Both the position numbers and the translations under genes were made by a program. A stretch of DNA of 63,710 nucleotides, filler included, from Nemertoderma westbladi (Eukaryota > Animalia > Xenacoelomorpha), in assembly GCA_032718475.1 (NCBI GenBank). It is 4 parts of 4 records of this genome, joined end to end, with 100 filler letters (N's around TTAATTAATTAA, not from the genome) between each part and the next. Parts side by side here need not be neighbours in the genome. Positions count along the whole stretch, not along the records: positions 19,477 to 50,547 come from JAUCBJ010006413.1; 3 more parts are not named here. One strand, written 5' to 3'. Below the pieces are notes generated by a model, which saw only the letters and a program-made list of their open reading frames with translations, had not been told where the DNA came from and made no database searches. Shown in pieces: positions 23,704 to 35,700 of the stretch. Within the stretch, counting starts at the first letter, position 1. Each line of letters begins with the position of its first letter.

Positions 23704-26700
23704 CTAATGAAAAATTACAATAGAAACACATAAAAATAATCCGACAACTTATGAAATCCCAAGAGGAAGTTGTACTGCGTATCGCCGCAATTAATCGCAA
23801 AATATATGTACGAGGAATCCCACCTTATTCCGTGAGTCAGCTGACAGGTTTAACTTACCATGCGCTTGTGTTGCCATTTCGCTTTCTGTAGACAGCTGAC
23901 GGAAACTGGATGTTAGCAGATGATGGTCCATGAATGAATTTGGCACCATGATCGCCGCCTTCTCTGCCATAGATTTTAGCGTGGCAAGGCCATCCGGTAA
24001 TGAAACACCCTCCTATCATTAAACACATTGGTTTCTATTAATTAATATTTGGAAAAGGGATAACGCTTTAATTTTTTTTTACGTACAACTCACATTAAAC
24101 TCATGTGTCCATACCATACTATAACTACCGGATATATAATCACGGTGCCTCTATAGGAACATGAAAAAGATAAACAAATTATAACTCGAACTTCGTGTTA
24201 GATATTTTTCTATTTGCTAACACCAACTTTCTGTTAGTATTTTTGGGTAAATACGGTAAATTACATGCCTAGGAAGCCGTAATGCATGTCTGTATTTTGT
24301 CATATTGGCCAATACATAGAATGACGGGATAGTGCTAAAATGTCTGTTGAATTACAGAATAATTATGCCTATCTTACAATTATTAAAGCAATACTTAACA
24401 CGATGTTCGTGATAGCAAATATAAAAATACTAAAACGGAGATCGTAGCAACTGTTGTTGTTAGAATTTTTTTATATTTCATGTCCCATAAGGGGTTCGGT
24501 ATGTAATACTTACATCGTTTGTAGGAAGTAACGGCCCATTCGTTAATGACGGTGGCGGTGGAATTACAGTTGATCCCATGGTCGACGCTGTTGTACAGTC
24601 TCCGACAGACGAACCTCCCATAAAGATATCACCAATTGCACTGCTGATGTTCATACCTAATAACAACAAGAAATTATAGAATTGTAGCATCCATGATATA
24701 TCGTGAGTTGGGTGCTAGTATAGTAACCCACCTATATTGACCAATGACCAGTACGTGATTTTTGAGATTTGTCGAATTTTGAAATGAACTTTGATAATTC
24801 GCCATATTGATGGTTAGAAAGAGCGATAATTTCTGCAAATGAAAACAGAAAGTGCCCCAAAACTTTCTTGGCCGTTATTGAGAGAAACGTTCCGAAATGC
24901 AAAAATTGAGAATAAATTTCACGTATAGGAAATTTCTAAAAAAAAATTTCCTACTTTATGTCCATATTCTTGAAAATTTGAAGTGTCAATAGTTTAATGG
25001 AGTTAATGAGGTGTCCGCCAAGAGATATCAGATCGAAGTAGACAGTTTTCTAGTTAGAGAAAATTAAAATTCTGTCACGGATAAAAAATTATTAAACCAG
25101 TGACAACATAAAGTTCCACTTTATGAGAATCTTTGCCGTGAAAAGTGGGGCTAAATAGCAGTTAATAACTATGTGATACACAAAACTGTTGCATATGGTC
25201 ACCTGAAAACCGTAATTTTATATCACACAATTCATTTGAAAATGTAAATAGACAGTTTGTGATGTCATGTTTGGGACATATTGATTAAGTATTGAAAGGA
25301 ATTTACATAAAAAAGATTATTATAAATTTCGACATTTATTTTCCAATTAAAACAAATCATAAAATTCCCCAAACAACTCCTCCGTACTAGAATTTAAATC
25401 CAGTTTATCGTCCTTCCCACTGCTAACTACCGTCCCATTCCCAACTTTCATCCCAATCTTAAAACCATTTCCACAAATAGTCAATTCGGGAATAAATTAA
25501 TTTGATCTGTTGTCAATTAAGGGGAAGGAGCAGGTTTACAGTTTATCTGGGACTGGTAAGCCCCCATCCATTAATTAAATAAAAGTAATTAATTGTTTTA
25601 ACCAGGATTAACTTCTACCCCCAACAAAATATCAAGTATGGGACATCCTGTCACGTTATGTGACACGGCAGTTTTTTTAAATCTTTATAAGTTCGCGTTT
25701 TCTGATATAAAACCTCCGTTAAGTATGGGACACTTTTTTGGACCATTTTGGAGACGCTCACGCAAATGATTCATATGACCTGTTAAACCACCAAAAATTG
25801 GCAATCTAATTAAAACACATGGATGAATATGAGTGGGAGTGTTAACACATCGGTGAAATGGCTCACATTTGCAAATTTATATGCTATTAAATTAATCATT
25901 TACCAAGTGTCACGTAGGTGACAAAAAATCGGACCACGTTAATTTGTTTTTTGTATTTCTGATATTTCCAATTTACTACGAAGCTACGTTTATTTGTTCA
26001 CAGGAATTATACTCAGCAGGAATATTAATCGTTTATTTGTTCACAGGAATTATACTCAGCAGGGATATTAATGGTTTATTTGTTCACAGGAATTATACTC
26101 AGCAGGGATGTTAATCGTTTATTTGTTCACAGGAATTATACTCAGCAGGGATATTAATGGTTTATTTGTTCACAGGAATTATACTCAGCAGGGATATTAA
26201 TCGTTTATTTGTTCACAGGAATTATACTCAGCAGGGATATTAATCGTTTATTTGTTCACAGGAATTATACTCAGCCTGGATATTAATCGTTTGGTACCTG
26301 AATTGTACCCAAAATGAGCCCGTAATCGCAATTACAAAATTTGAAATTTGTCCCGTAAGTAAGTTTTTAAAATTCGGTGTAGCCTTTTTTATAACTTACT
26401 AGTAACTTACCTACCTATCTGTGTGTGGGTTGGAGTTGATGTTGGGTGCTAGTAACTCACCTATCTGTGGGTGGGTTGGAGTTGAGTTTGGGTGCTAGTA
26501 ACTCAACTATCTGTGGGTGGGTTGGAGTTGATGTTGGGTGCTAGTAACTCACCTATCTGTGGGTTGGTTGGAGTTGATGTTGGGTGCTAGTAACTCACCT
26601 ATCTGTGGGTGGGTTGGAGTGGATGTTGGGTGCTAGTAACTCATCTATCTGTGGGTTGGTTGGAGTTGAGTTTGGGTGCTAGTAACTCACCAATCTGTGG

Positions 26701-29700
26701 GTGGGTTGGAGTTGATGTTGGGTGCTAGTAACTCACCTATCTGTGGGTGGGTTGGAGTTGATGCTGGGTGCTAGTAACTCACCTATCTGTGGGTGGGTTG
26801 GAGTTGATGTTGGGTGCTAGTAACTCACCTATCTGTGGGTGGGTTGGAGCTGAGTTTGGGTGCTAGTAACTCACCTATCTGTGGGTGGGTTGGAGTTGAT
26901 GTTGGGTGCTAGTAACTCACCTATCTGTGGGTTGGTTGGAGTTGAGTTTTGGTGCTAGTAACTCACCTATCTGTGGGTGGGTTGGAGTTGAGTTTGGGTG
27001 CTAGTAACTCAACTATCTGTGGGTGGGTTGGAGTTGATGTTGGGTGCTAGTAACTCACCTATCTGTGGGTTGGTTGGAGTTGAGTTTGGGTGCTAGTAAC
27101 TCACCTATCTGTGGGTGGGTTGGAGTTGATGTTGGGTGCTAGTAACTCACCTATCTGTGGGTGGGTTGGAGTTGATGTTGGGTGCTAGTAACTCACCTAT
27201 CTGTGGGTGGGTTGGAGTTGATGTTGGGTGCTAGGGGCTAGTAACTCAACTATCTGTGGGTGGGTTGGAGTTGATGTTGGGTGGTAGTAACTCACCTATC
27301 TGTGGGTGGGTTGAAGTTCAGTTTGGGTGCTAGTAACTCACCTATCTGTGGTAGGTGGGTTGTAGTTGATGTTGGGTGCTAGTAACTGACCTATCTGTGG
27401 GTGGTTTGGCGTAGAAGTTGGGTGCTAGTAACTCCCCTATCTGTGGGTTGGTTGGAGTTGAGTTTGGGTGCTAGTAATTCACCTATCCGTGGGTGGGTTG
27501 GAGTTGAGTTTGGGTGCTAGTAACTCACCTATCTGTGGGTGGGTTGGTGTTGATGTTGGGTGCTAGTAACTCACCTATCTGTGGGTTGGTTGGAGTTGAG
27601 TTTGGGTGCTAGTAACTCACCTATCTGTGGGTGGGTTGGTGTTGATGTTGGGTGCTAGTAACTCACCTATCTGTGGGTGGGTTGGCGTAGAAGTTGGGTG
27701 CTAGTAACTCCCCTATCTGTAGGTGGGTTGGAGTTGAGTTTGGGTGCTAGTAATTCACCAATCCGTGGGTGGGTTGGAGTTGAGTTTGGGTGCTAGTAAC
27801 TCACCTATCTGTGGGTGGGTTGGTGACTGGTGTTAATGTTGGGTGCTAGTAACTCACCTATCTGTGGGTTGGTTGGAGTTGAGTTTGGGTCCTAGTAACT
27901 CACCTATCTGTGGGTGGGTTGGTGTTGATGTTGGGTGCTAGTAACTAACCTATCTGTGGGTTGGTTGGAGTTGAGTTTGGGTGCTAGTAACTCACCTATC
28001 TGTGGGTTGGTTGGAGTTGAGTTTGGGTCCTAGTAACTCACCTATATGTGGGTGGGTTGGTGTTGATGTTGGGTGCTAGTAACTCACCTATTTGTGGGTG
28101 GGTTGGAGTTGATGTTGGGTGCTCATCGAATACACTACCAACCGAATCGATAAGGGATACCGCTTGTGGTTGTCCCAAGTTGGAATTCGACGCTGAAGAC
28201 GATTGTACTCCGACACCGAGCATGCTCATTGGTCCATTCCTTAGCACGGCACCGACGTGGTTACCTCCAGCCAATGAACTTGAATATGGACTTGGCCCTA
28301 CGGGTAAAACCGTTCTGATTTAAAATTTGATTGGTTAATAGACTGCGCCTAAAAATAATTGCCAGATTGGACACAATCAAAATTTAAAAACATTTGTAAG
28401 ACGCAAAATTAAACTACGCGAAAAAGTTATGCAAAACAAATGCGAAATTGACTAGCAAAATAAACCTCGGAGCATCACTATAGTGCTGGACACGAATGAG
28501 GTGCTTAAGATAAAACTTTGTCTTAATAACATGATTAATTACTTGGTATTAATTACTACAATAGATACGTCGTACTTACAGCAATCGATGATGCCTGATG
28601 AATTCTTGTTGTTACGGGATACGGCGGATGATTGCGTTGATAAGGAGGCCGCGGCCGAGAACACAGAAGATGCGGAGGATAGCCGGAGTAAGGACGAGGT
28701 GGAGAGGGCCGACACCGGTGGCGATGTGGCACTCCTGTCGCCGCCACTGGAGCTACTGCTGTTTGAACTCTTGGTCGAGTTCTTCCGAGGCGACTGGAAG
28801 AAGAATATACTATTCTGTTACAAAGGAAATTCTACTAATCATGTGGACAGTTCTAAATAAAATGGAAATTTAAACTTATCGTGACAATTAAATAGCCCAG
28901 ATGGTAGCTACCAAATATATACCGAAAAAATTTCAAAATCTCCTTTTCATAAAAATGCTGATAAAAAAAGAATTTAATCATGGTGTAGGTAACTTACAAT
29001 ATTTTATGCCGTGTATTCCATCCATATTGTTAGAACGTTACGTTATTTTGGGTACCAAATTGTTTTTATAACACCCCCTCCCCTACCTAATAGTGAAGTC
29101 TGTTATGCTTTAGAAATGGGCGACATGTATCTCAGTGTATATATTTAAACTCGTTAGTAAATAGTTACGACAGACCTAATCGGGATTGGACTTAGCAATA
29201 ATTAATGTTCTTTACTCTGAGTAGATAATATTTCAAATTCATGGAAATTAACCTGAAGGTCATTAATTATTTGAGAATGTCATGGTTTCAGGGATGATGC
29301 AAATAAATTTCAGTGGAGCCACTTCTAGAAATAAAGAGGGGGCCATGCACAATAAATTTGGCTAGAGGTCCGTATAGCACTACATTTTTAAAACGTATAT
29401 CATTGGTACTATGGCAGCGTTGAAGAGTTCTAGAACATAATAAAATATAAAAAGTAATGTTCTATAGAACATAAAGCTAGTTGTTTTTTTATTTTAAAAT
29501 AGCTAGTAATTTTTTAAAAATTTTATTTTTAAATAAATTTCTGAATACATTTAAATTAATATTGATTATAGAGTTTTTGTATACCGATGTAACTAATTAG
29601 TTTATTTATCCATTGGGTATTGGCTTTTGTTGGCGTTTAATATCTCATGGAATCCGATTTATTTTCCTTTTCATATCTGTCGCCTTCACATGTATTCTGT

Positions 29701-32700
29701 CAGTTTTTCGGTAAATTTATCTTCGTAGTTTAATGCACTCCTTACACAAAGCTCTAGCGTTGTATATTTTTCCCGTATTTTTGTCTTTTAATTACCTTAA
29801 TTTGACTTTTGGGCATTTAGCACTTCAAAGATTTTTTGAATATTTTTTTAATTACTAGCAATTTGAAATTTGAAAATAACTTAGCTATACGTTCTAGAAC
29901 AATATATTTTTTATTTTATTTATGTTCTAGAATAGTGCATAATATTTTGTTCTAGAACTCTACAATGTTGCCATGGTAACAATGATTTATGTTATAGTGC
30001 TATATACGGAACTGTTACAACAAATATACCGTAAAACGACATTTGAGGAAGTATTGCAATCAGTTTCTATGGCAACCGCAACCGGGTTTTGAAAAATACC
30101 ACAATGGATTCTCTGATGAGATTTAGTGGGGGTAGGTTAGTGTTAGAATACTGTAGGAGTCTTGGAAGAAGATGTTTTGATGAAAATGATGTGATTTTAT
30201 AATTCAAACACCCCCACCCCCCTCCTTTTACACTTCATCATTGCAATTTTCAAGATTTTGTAAAATTGTATGCATGTTGGCTTACAGAGCATTTAACACT
30301 CCACTACTAGAAAAATATAAAATTTAGATCGTTTTTGGTATTGTGTTTATGTAACAACTAAGTATCATAATTTAGTGTTGTAGCTAAGGACATTTCATTT
30401 TAGCTAGTGGTTTCACTAAAATTTAAAATTTGATAAAAAATGTTCCAGAAGAATACGTAATTTTACTAGGACATAAATTGTATATAATAATTTTTTTTAG
30501 TTGATTATTTTACAAAACGTACTACGGACAAATTTTATTTATTAATTCATGACCACCCTAGAATTGCAATGCACTTTTTTATATCTTTTAATTCTATATA
30601 TTGATAATTAAACCGCCGGTGGAATCCGGATATGAAATGAAATGAATATATGAAATGGCTAACATGTTCTAGAAGAACATTAATCAATATCAAAAACAGA
30701 TAAAAATATTAGTTAGTAAAAAGGGGATGTCACAAAACAAACTAGTACACCGCAGTTTAAGTTGCAGATTGACCAATCTAAAAGTGCGAATCGATTAATT
30801 GACGGTTGCAGTATGTGATAAGAATATAATAATAAAATCGCACATCTTTGTAATGAACCACTGATAAGCATTTGCTCATTAATAATAATTATAACAAGGT
30901 GTACTAGAAAAAAACATTAGTTTTTAACTTTAAACTTTAGTTCTAGAACTATTTCCATAGAGAAAATAAGTAACCCTTAGGATTGAATTGATTTTACCTT
31001 TTTCCTAGCGAAAAATGTAAAATAAAATAAGAAAATATTCCCGTATTCCAGAATGTATTATCTCCATTATGTTAATGAGTGCTGCTTTATTATACATGTT
31101 GCAGTGATGGGACTAGCTATTGTATCTAAAAACACCATGACCCGTAATATAGTGTCATTTTCTGATGACACGGACACCCCCCCCCCCCCCCCCCCCAAAT
31201 TTTTCTACAAATCATTATCATATTGCTTGAAATTTGAAACACAACTAGTTCAACTCACCGTGGTTGTTACCATGAAGCCGGAAATTTCGATTTCGCCTTT
31301 AAATGTTTTCTATACGCGTTTTAAAAAAGTGTCTTTTGCGAAATCGCACCCTCTCTGTATCATTGCCATTCTTCACTTTAGTCGTAATTTTTTCATATCA
31401 ATAGAAAGCTTGCGTTGAAAGGATTCCAAATATGTAACAATGTCTGAATTTCGTTGAGAAACAGCTGAGATACAGGCGTTCAAAGATTGCAAGAATTATT
31501 GTTCGCTGCATGCCATTTATTCTATTTAATAAATACACAATATTCTGGAACAATTTGTTTATGTATGATTAGCTATGCAATATAGATATTGTACTAATAG
31601 TCGTGCAAAAGTGTTAAGTTATTTATTTAAAATATCAATACAATAAATAGATAAAAACTCCTCTTTGTGAGACATAAGATCATTACATGTTTTCTTAACT
31701 TTGTTGCCACAGTGTTTGGTAGAATAACTTGACACAGCTAGGGACAATAAGTTAGGTAACTCGTATTCCCATGACGAAATTTTATAAGAAGAGAACATAT
31801 CTATGGTAGACCCAATACAATGATCACAGAAGATATTCGTGAAGAGCCATGTTATCTTAGAATTTCCGGTATTGAATATCCGATGGATGAAATTGAATTG
31901 TTGTAGCCTTAGTAGCACCTCTATATTCAAGTCAAACAACTTATATAACATATAGTTTGATATCTTGTTGTCTAAATGTAGAATCGAGCGCATTGTATAT
32001 CTAATTGTATAGGCATTCCGCTGTTGCCTACCAACTCATAAAATAAATAACACGTTCTAGAATTTTGTGTATTTATTAAATAGAATAAATGGCTTGCAGC
32101 GAACAATAATTCTTGCAATCTTTGAACGCCTATTCCTCAGCTGTTTCTCAACGAAATTCAGACATTGTTACACATTTGGAATCCTTGTAACGCAAGCTTT
32201 CTATTGATGTGAAAAATTACGACTAAAGTGAAGAATGGCAATGATACAGAGAGGGTGCGATTTCGCAAAAGACACCTTTTTAAAACGCTTATAGAAAAAA
32301 TTTAAAGGCGAAATCGAAAATTCCGGCTTCATGGTAACAACCACGGTGAGTTGAACTAGTTGTGTTTCAAATTTCAAGCAATATGATAATGATTCGTAGA
32401 AAAATTTGGGGGGGGGGGGGGGGGGGTCCGTGTCATCAGAAAATGACACTATATTACGGGTCATGGTGTAATTGTTTAACGTGTACCTGTACTGTAATCC
32501 ATTATGTCGAACGTCCAATATAAGATATTTTAGAGAAAATGCCCAAAGAAAATGGGGACAGTGTTCAGTAAAACTGAACATATGCAGACAATGACTCAGT
32601 TTGCTTCAGTCGACTATATAGCCTAGTCAAGATGGGTCACAAAGATTTATCACATCAATCCATGCAGGAGATAACTTCCAATAAACTTTAATTAGATATA

Positions 32701-35700
32701 AATGTATAATTAATAATGTGTAACTGTTAATAAATTTCACTTATATTCGATATATTATTTATTAAGCCAACATTATGGCACCAGTAAAATAAGTATTCGA
32801 ATAATTCGATATAGTACATGATTAAAATGTTTAAATGAGCATTCATAATATCCTTTCTTCACATACCGAACGCTGATAAGTTGACATAATGTAACAAAAT
32901 TACATACACTTACATTCAATTACATAAAGACCCTTGTTTATTTATGCAAACCTCCTTCGCTGCGCTCGCTCGGTACATAAATAAACTCGGGTCATAACGT
33001 TGCAAAGTGCTACTTTGCACACAATGATGTAAATAGTTATAGTTCTATTATTAAGTTCCAATATCTAGCATAACTCTACCTGTGTATCCTAATGTTTAAA
33101 TTGTAAACTTACTATTTAGCACTGCATTGTACCTTTTACATAATTTTATATCAACATTTGTTACAACTATCATATCAGTAATTATTTTCAGTAATTTTAT
33201 GCGTTTTATATTTAGCTCTATCCAGTATTTACATAGAAACTCTAGCATAATTCTACTTTGTATTCCACTGTGTATTCTACTGTAATATTTTATTTACTAC
33301 ATTATTTTATAATTGTACCCATGTGGGATAATATACTAAACGATTATCAATATGATTAATTTATTAAATTTAATAAAATAGCCTAGCGTAGGTGCAAAAA
33401 ATCATGCAACATTCGAGTGCTCATATCTCAGCTATTTTCCAACCAAATTCAAATGTTTTTAAATATTTGGAATCCTTGCTTGGCCAGCTCTCTAATAGTA
33501 CCAACAAATCAGTACAAGGGTGAAGAATAAATGCGGTGTAACTTGTGAAATTTCGGTGCGCAGCAAACTTCGCCCGCGTCCAATCTTCGCCCGGAGCAAT
33601 CTTAGCCCTCAAATTGAGCAATTATCGACCGGCGAAAACCTTCGCCCGAAGGCATTCTTCGCCCGTGAGCAACCTTCGCCCAATGAACAATTATTGTTTT
33701 TGTTAGAAAAAGCCGTCTCTGTAAGCTGCTCCTTTCCCTCAATTAGTAACACCATCGTTTGTTTTGGTTAGAAATAGCCATCTCTGTAACCTGCTCCTTT
33801 CCCTCAATTAGTAACATCATCGTTTATTGTTTTGGTTAGAAAACGCCGTATCTGTAACCTGCTCCTTTCCCTCAATTAGTAACACCATCGTTTATGTTTT
33901 GGTTAGAAATAGCCGTATCTGTAACCTGCTCCTTTCCCTCAATTAGTAACACCATCGTTTATTGTTTTGGTTAGAAATAGCCGTATCTGTAACCTGCTCC
34001 TTTCCCTCAATTAGTAACACCATCGTTTATTGTTTTGGTTAGAAATAGCATCTGCAACCTGCTCCTTTTCACCAATTGGTAACTATAATGGTTACTAACA
34101 CAATTCTTATTAGGGAAAGGTTGCTCGCGGCGAAGATTGCCTTGCGGAAGAAGGTTTCCCCCGGGCGAAGGTTGTACGCGGGCGAAGATTGCACGCGGGC
34201 GAAGATTGCACGCGGGCAAAGATTGCACGCGGGCGAAGATTGCACGCGGACGAAGATTGCACGCGGGCGAAGATTGCCTTGCGGGCCAAGGTTGTACGCG
34301 GGCGAAGGTTGGACGCGGGCGAAGGTTGGACGCGGGCGAAGGTTGGACGCGGGCGAAGGTTGCACGCGGGCGAAGGTTGTACGCGGGCGAAGGTTGTACG
34401 CGGGCGAAGATTGTAGGCGGGCGAAGGTTGTACGCGGGCGAAGGTTGTACGCGGGCGAAGATTGTACGCGGGCGAAGATTGCACGAGGGCGAATGTTGCA
34501 CGCGGGCGAAGGTTGCACGCGGGCGAAGGTTGTACGCGGGCGAAGGTTGTACGCGGGCGAAGGTTGTACGCGGGCGAAGTTTGCACTCAACCGAAATTTC
34601 GCCTGAGACACTGTTTTCAAAGGCTTGTTTGTAGCTAAAGAATGAAAGCGAAAATAAAAATTCTGGCTCACCCAGGAAGGAGGAGGGAGATGAAACTAAC
34701 TCTGTTTCAAATTTCATGCAATCTCATTAAGATTTGTAGACAAATTTGGGGGGGGGGGGGTATGTAACTAGAACTATAAAGACACTCTATTCCAGGACGT
34801 GGTGTATTAGTTTAGTGAATTGATGAATTCCAGTCCCAGTTAATATTATTGCGTAATCATGGCAATATTGGCATTACATTCGATATAAATAATACACCAA
34901 CGACTAATGCTCTATACTATCATATATTTCCCACCATTCTTCACGTGTCCCTGTAGCGCAATGGATAGCGCGCTGGACTTCTAATCCAGAGGTTGTGGGT
35001 TCGAGTCCCACCAGGGATGTTTTTTGCGGAATGAACTTTACCCGGAAGTTAGTTATAGAAAATCCTTGCCGGATGACAGTCTCATATCATCAGTCACCAC
35101 TATTGCTGTATTTTGTTTTGGCCATAACAGCATAAACGATATAAGTTTTAGTTGAAACAACACGAAATCCTTGCTGCCTTGCTAGACAGACATAGGTACT
35201 GATCGCAGATCGTATGTACAGCCTTTTACCGGTACTGCGGTACATGCTTCATAATTAACAGTTCTCAATGCAGTGATATATAATTTCATATTAGTAGTCT
35301 AAATAATATCTGAATAAAATATTGTCTTGCAACCCAACGCGTTAGAAACCACTCACCTCAATCATGGCTATTAACTTAGCCCGTTACGGGAAGGAACTCA
35401 AGGCTGCCTACGAAACGGTCCTCAACCCAAAGTCGACTACGGACTGGGCACTGTTCGGCTACGACGGCAAGGGAAACGACCTAAAAGTAGTCGCTACTGG
35501 AGAGGATGGCCTGGAGGAACTAGCGGAGGAATACCTCGGGAGTAAGGTAATGTTCTCGTACGCGCGCGTACAGGATCCCAACAGCGGACTCCCGAAGTTC
35601 GTGATAGTCAACTGGATAGGCGACGGCGCGCAGCACCAACGCAAATCCTCGGCGGCGAACCACGCGCGCGATGTAGCCGCCTTCCTTCGCGGCGCCCACG

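Noticed and set aside
31053-32581. Pair of similar poly-Pro ORFs on opposite strands
   Set aside because: Translations of the two TIR arms with their poly-C tract.
32930-32994. GACCC..TTTATTTATG/CATAAATAAA..GGGTC hairpin as an RNA gene
   Set aside because: No family motif recognised; more likely a fragment of a palindromic repeat.
34007-34717. Overlapping 150-236 aa repetitive ORFs
   Set aside because: They arise from the stop-free 17-bp tandem repeat.
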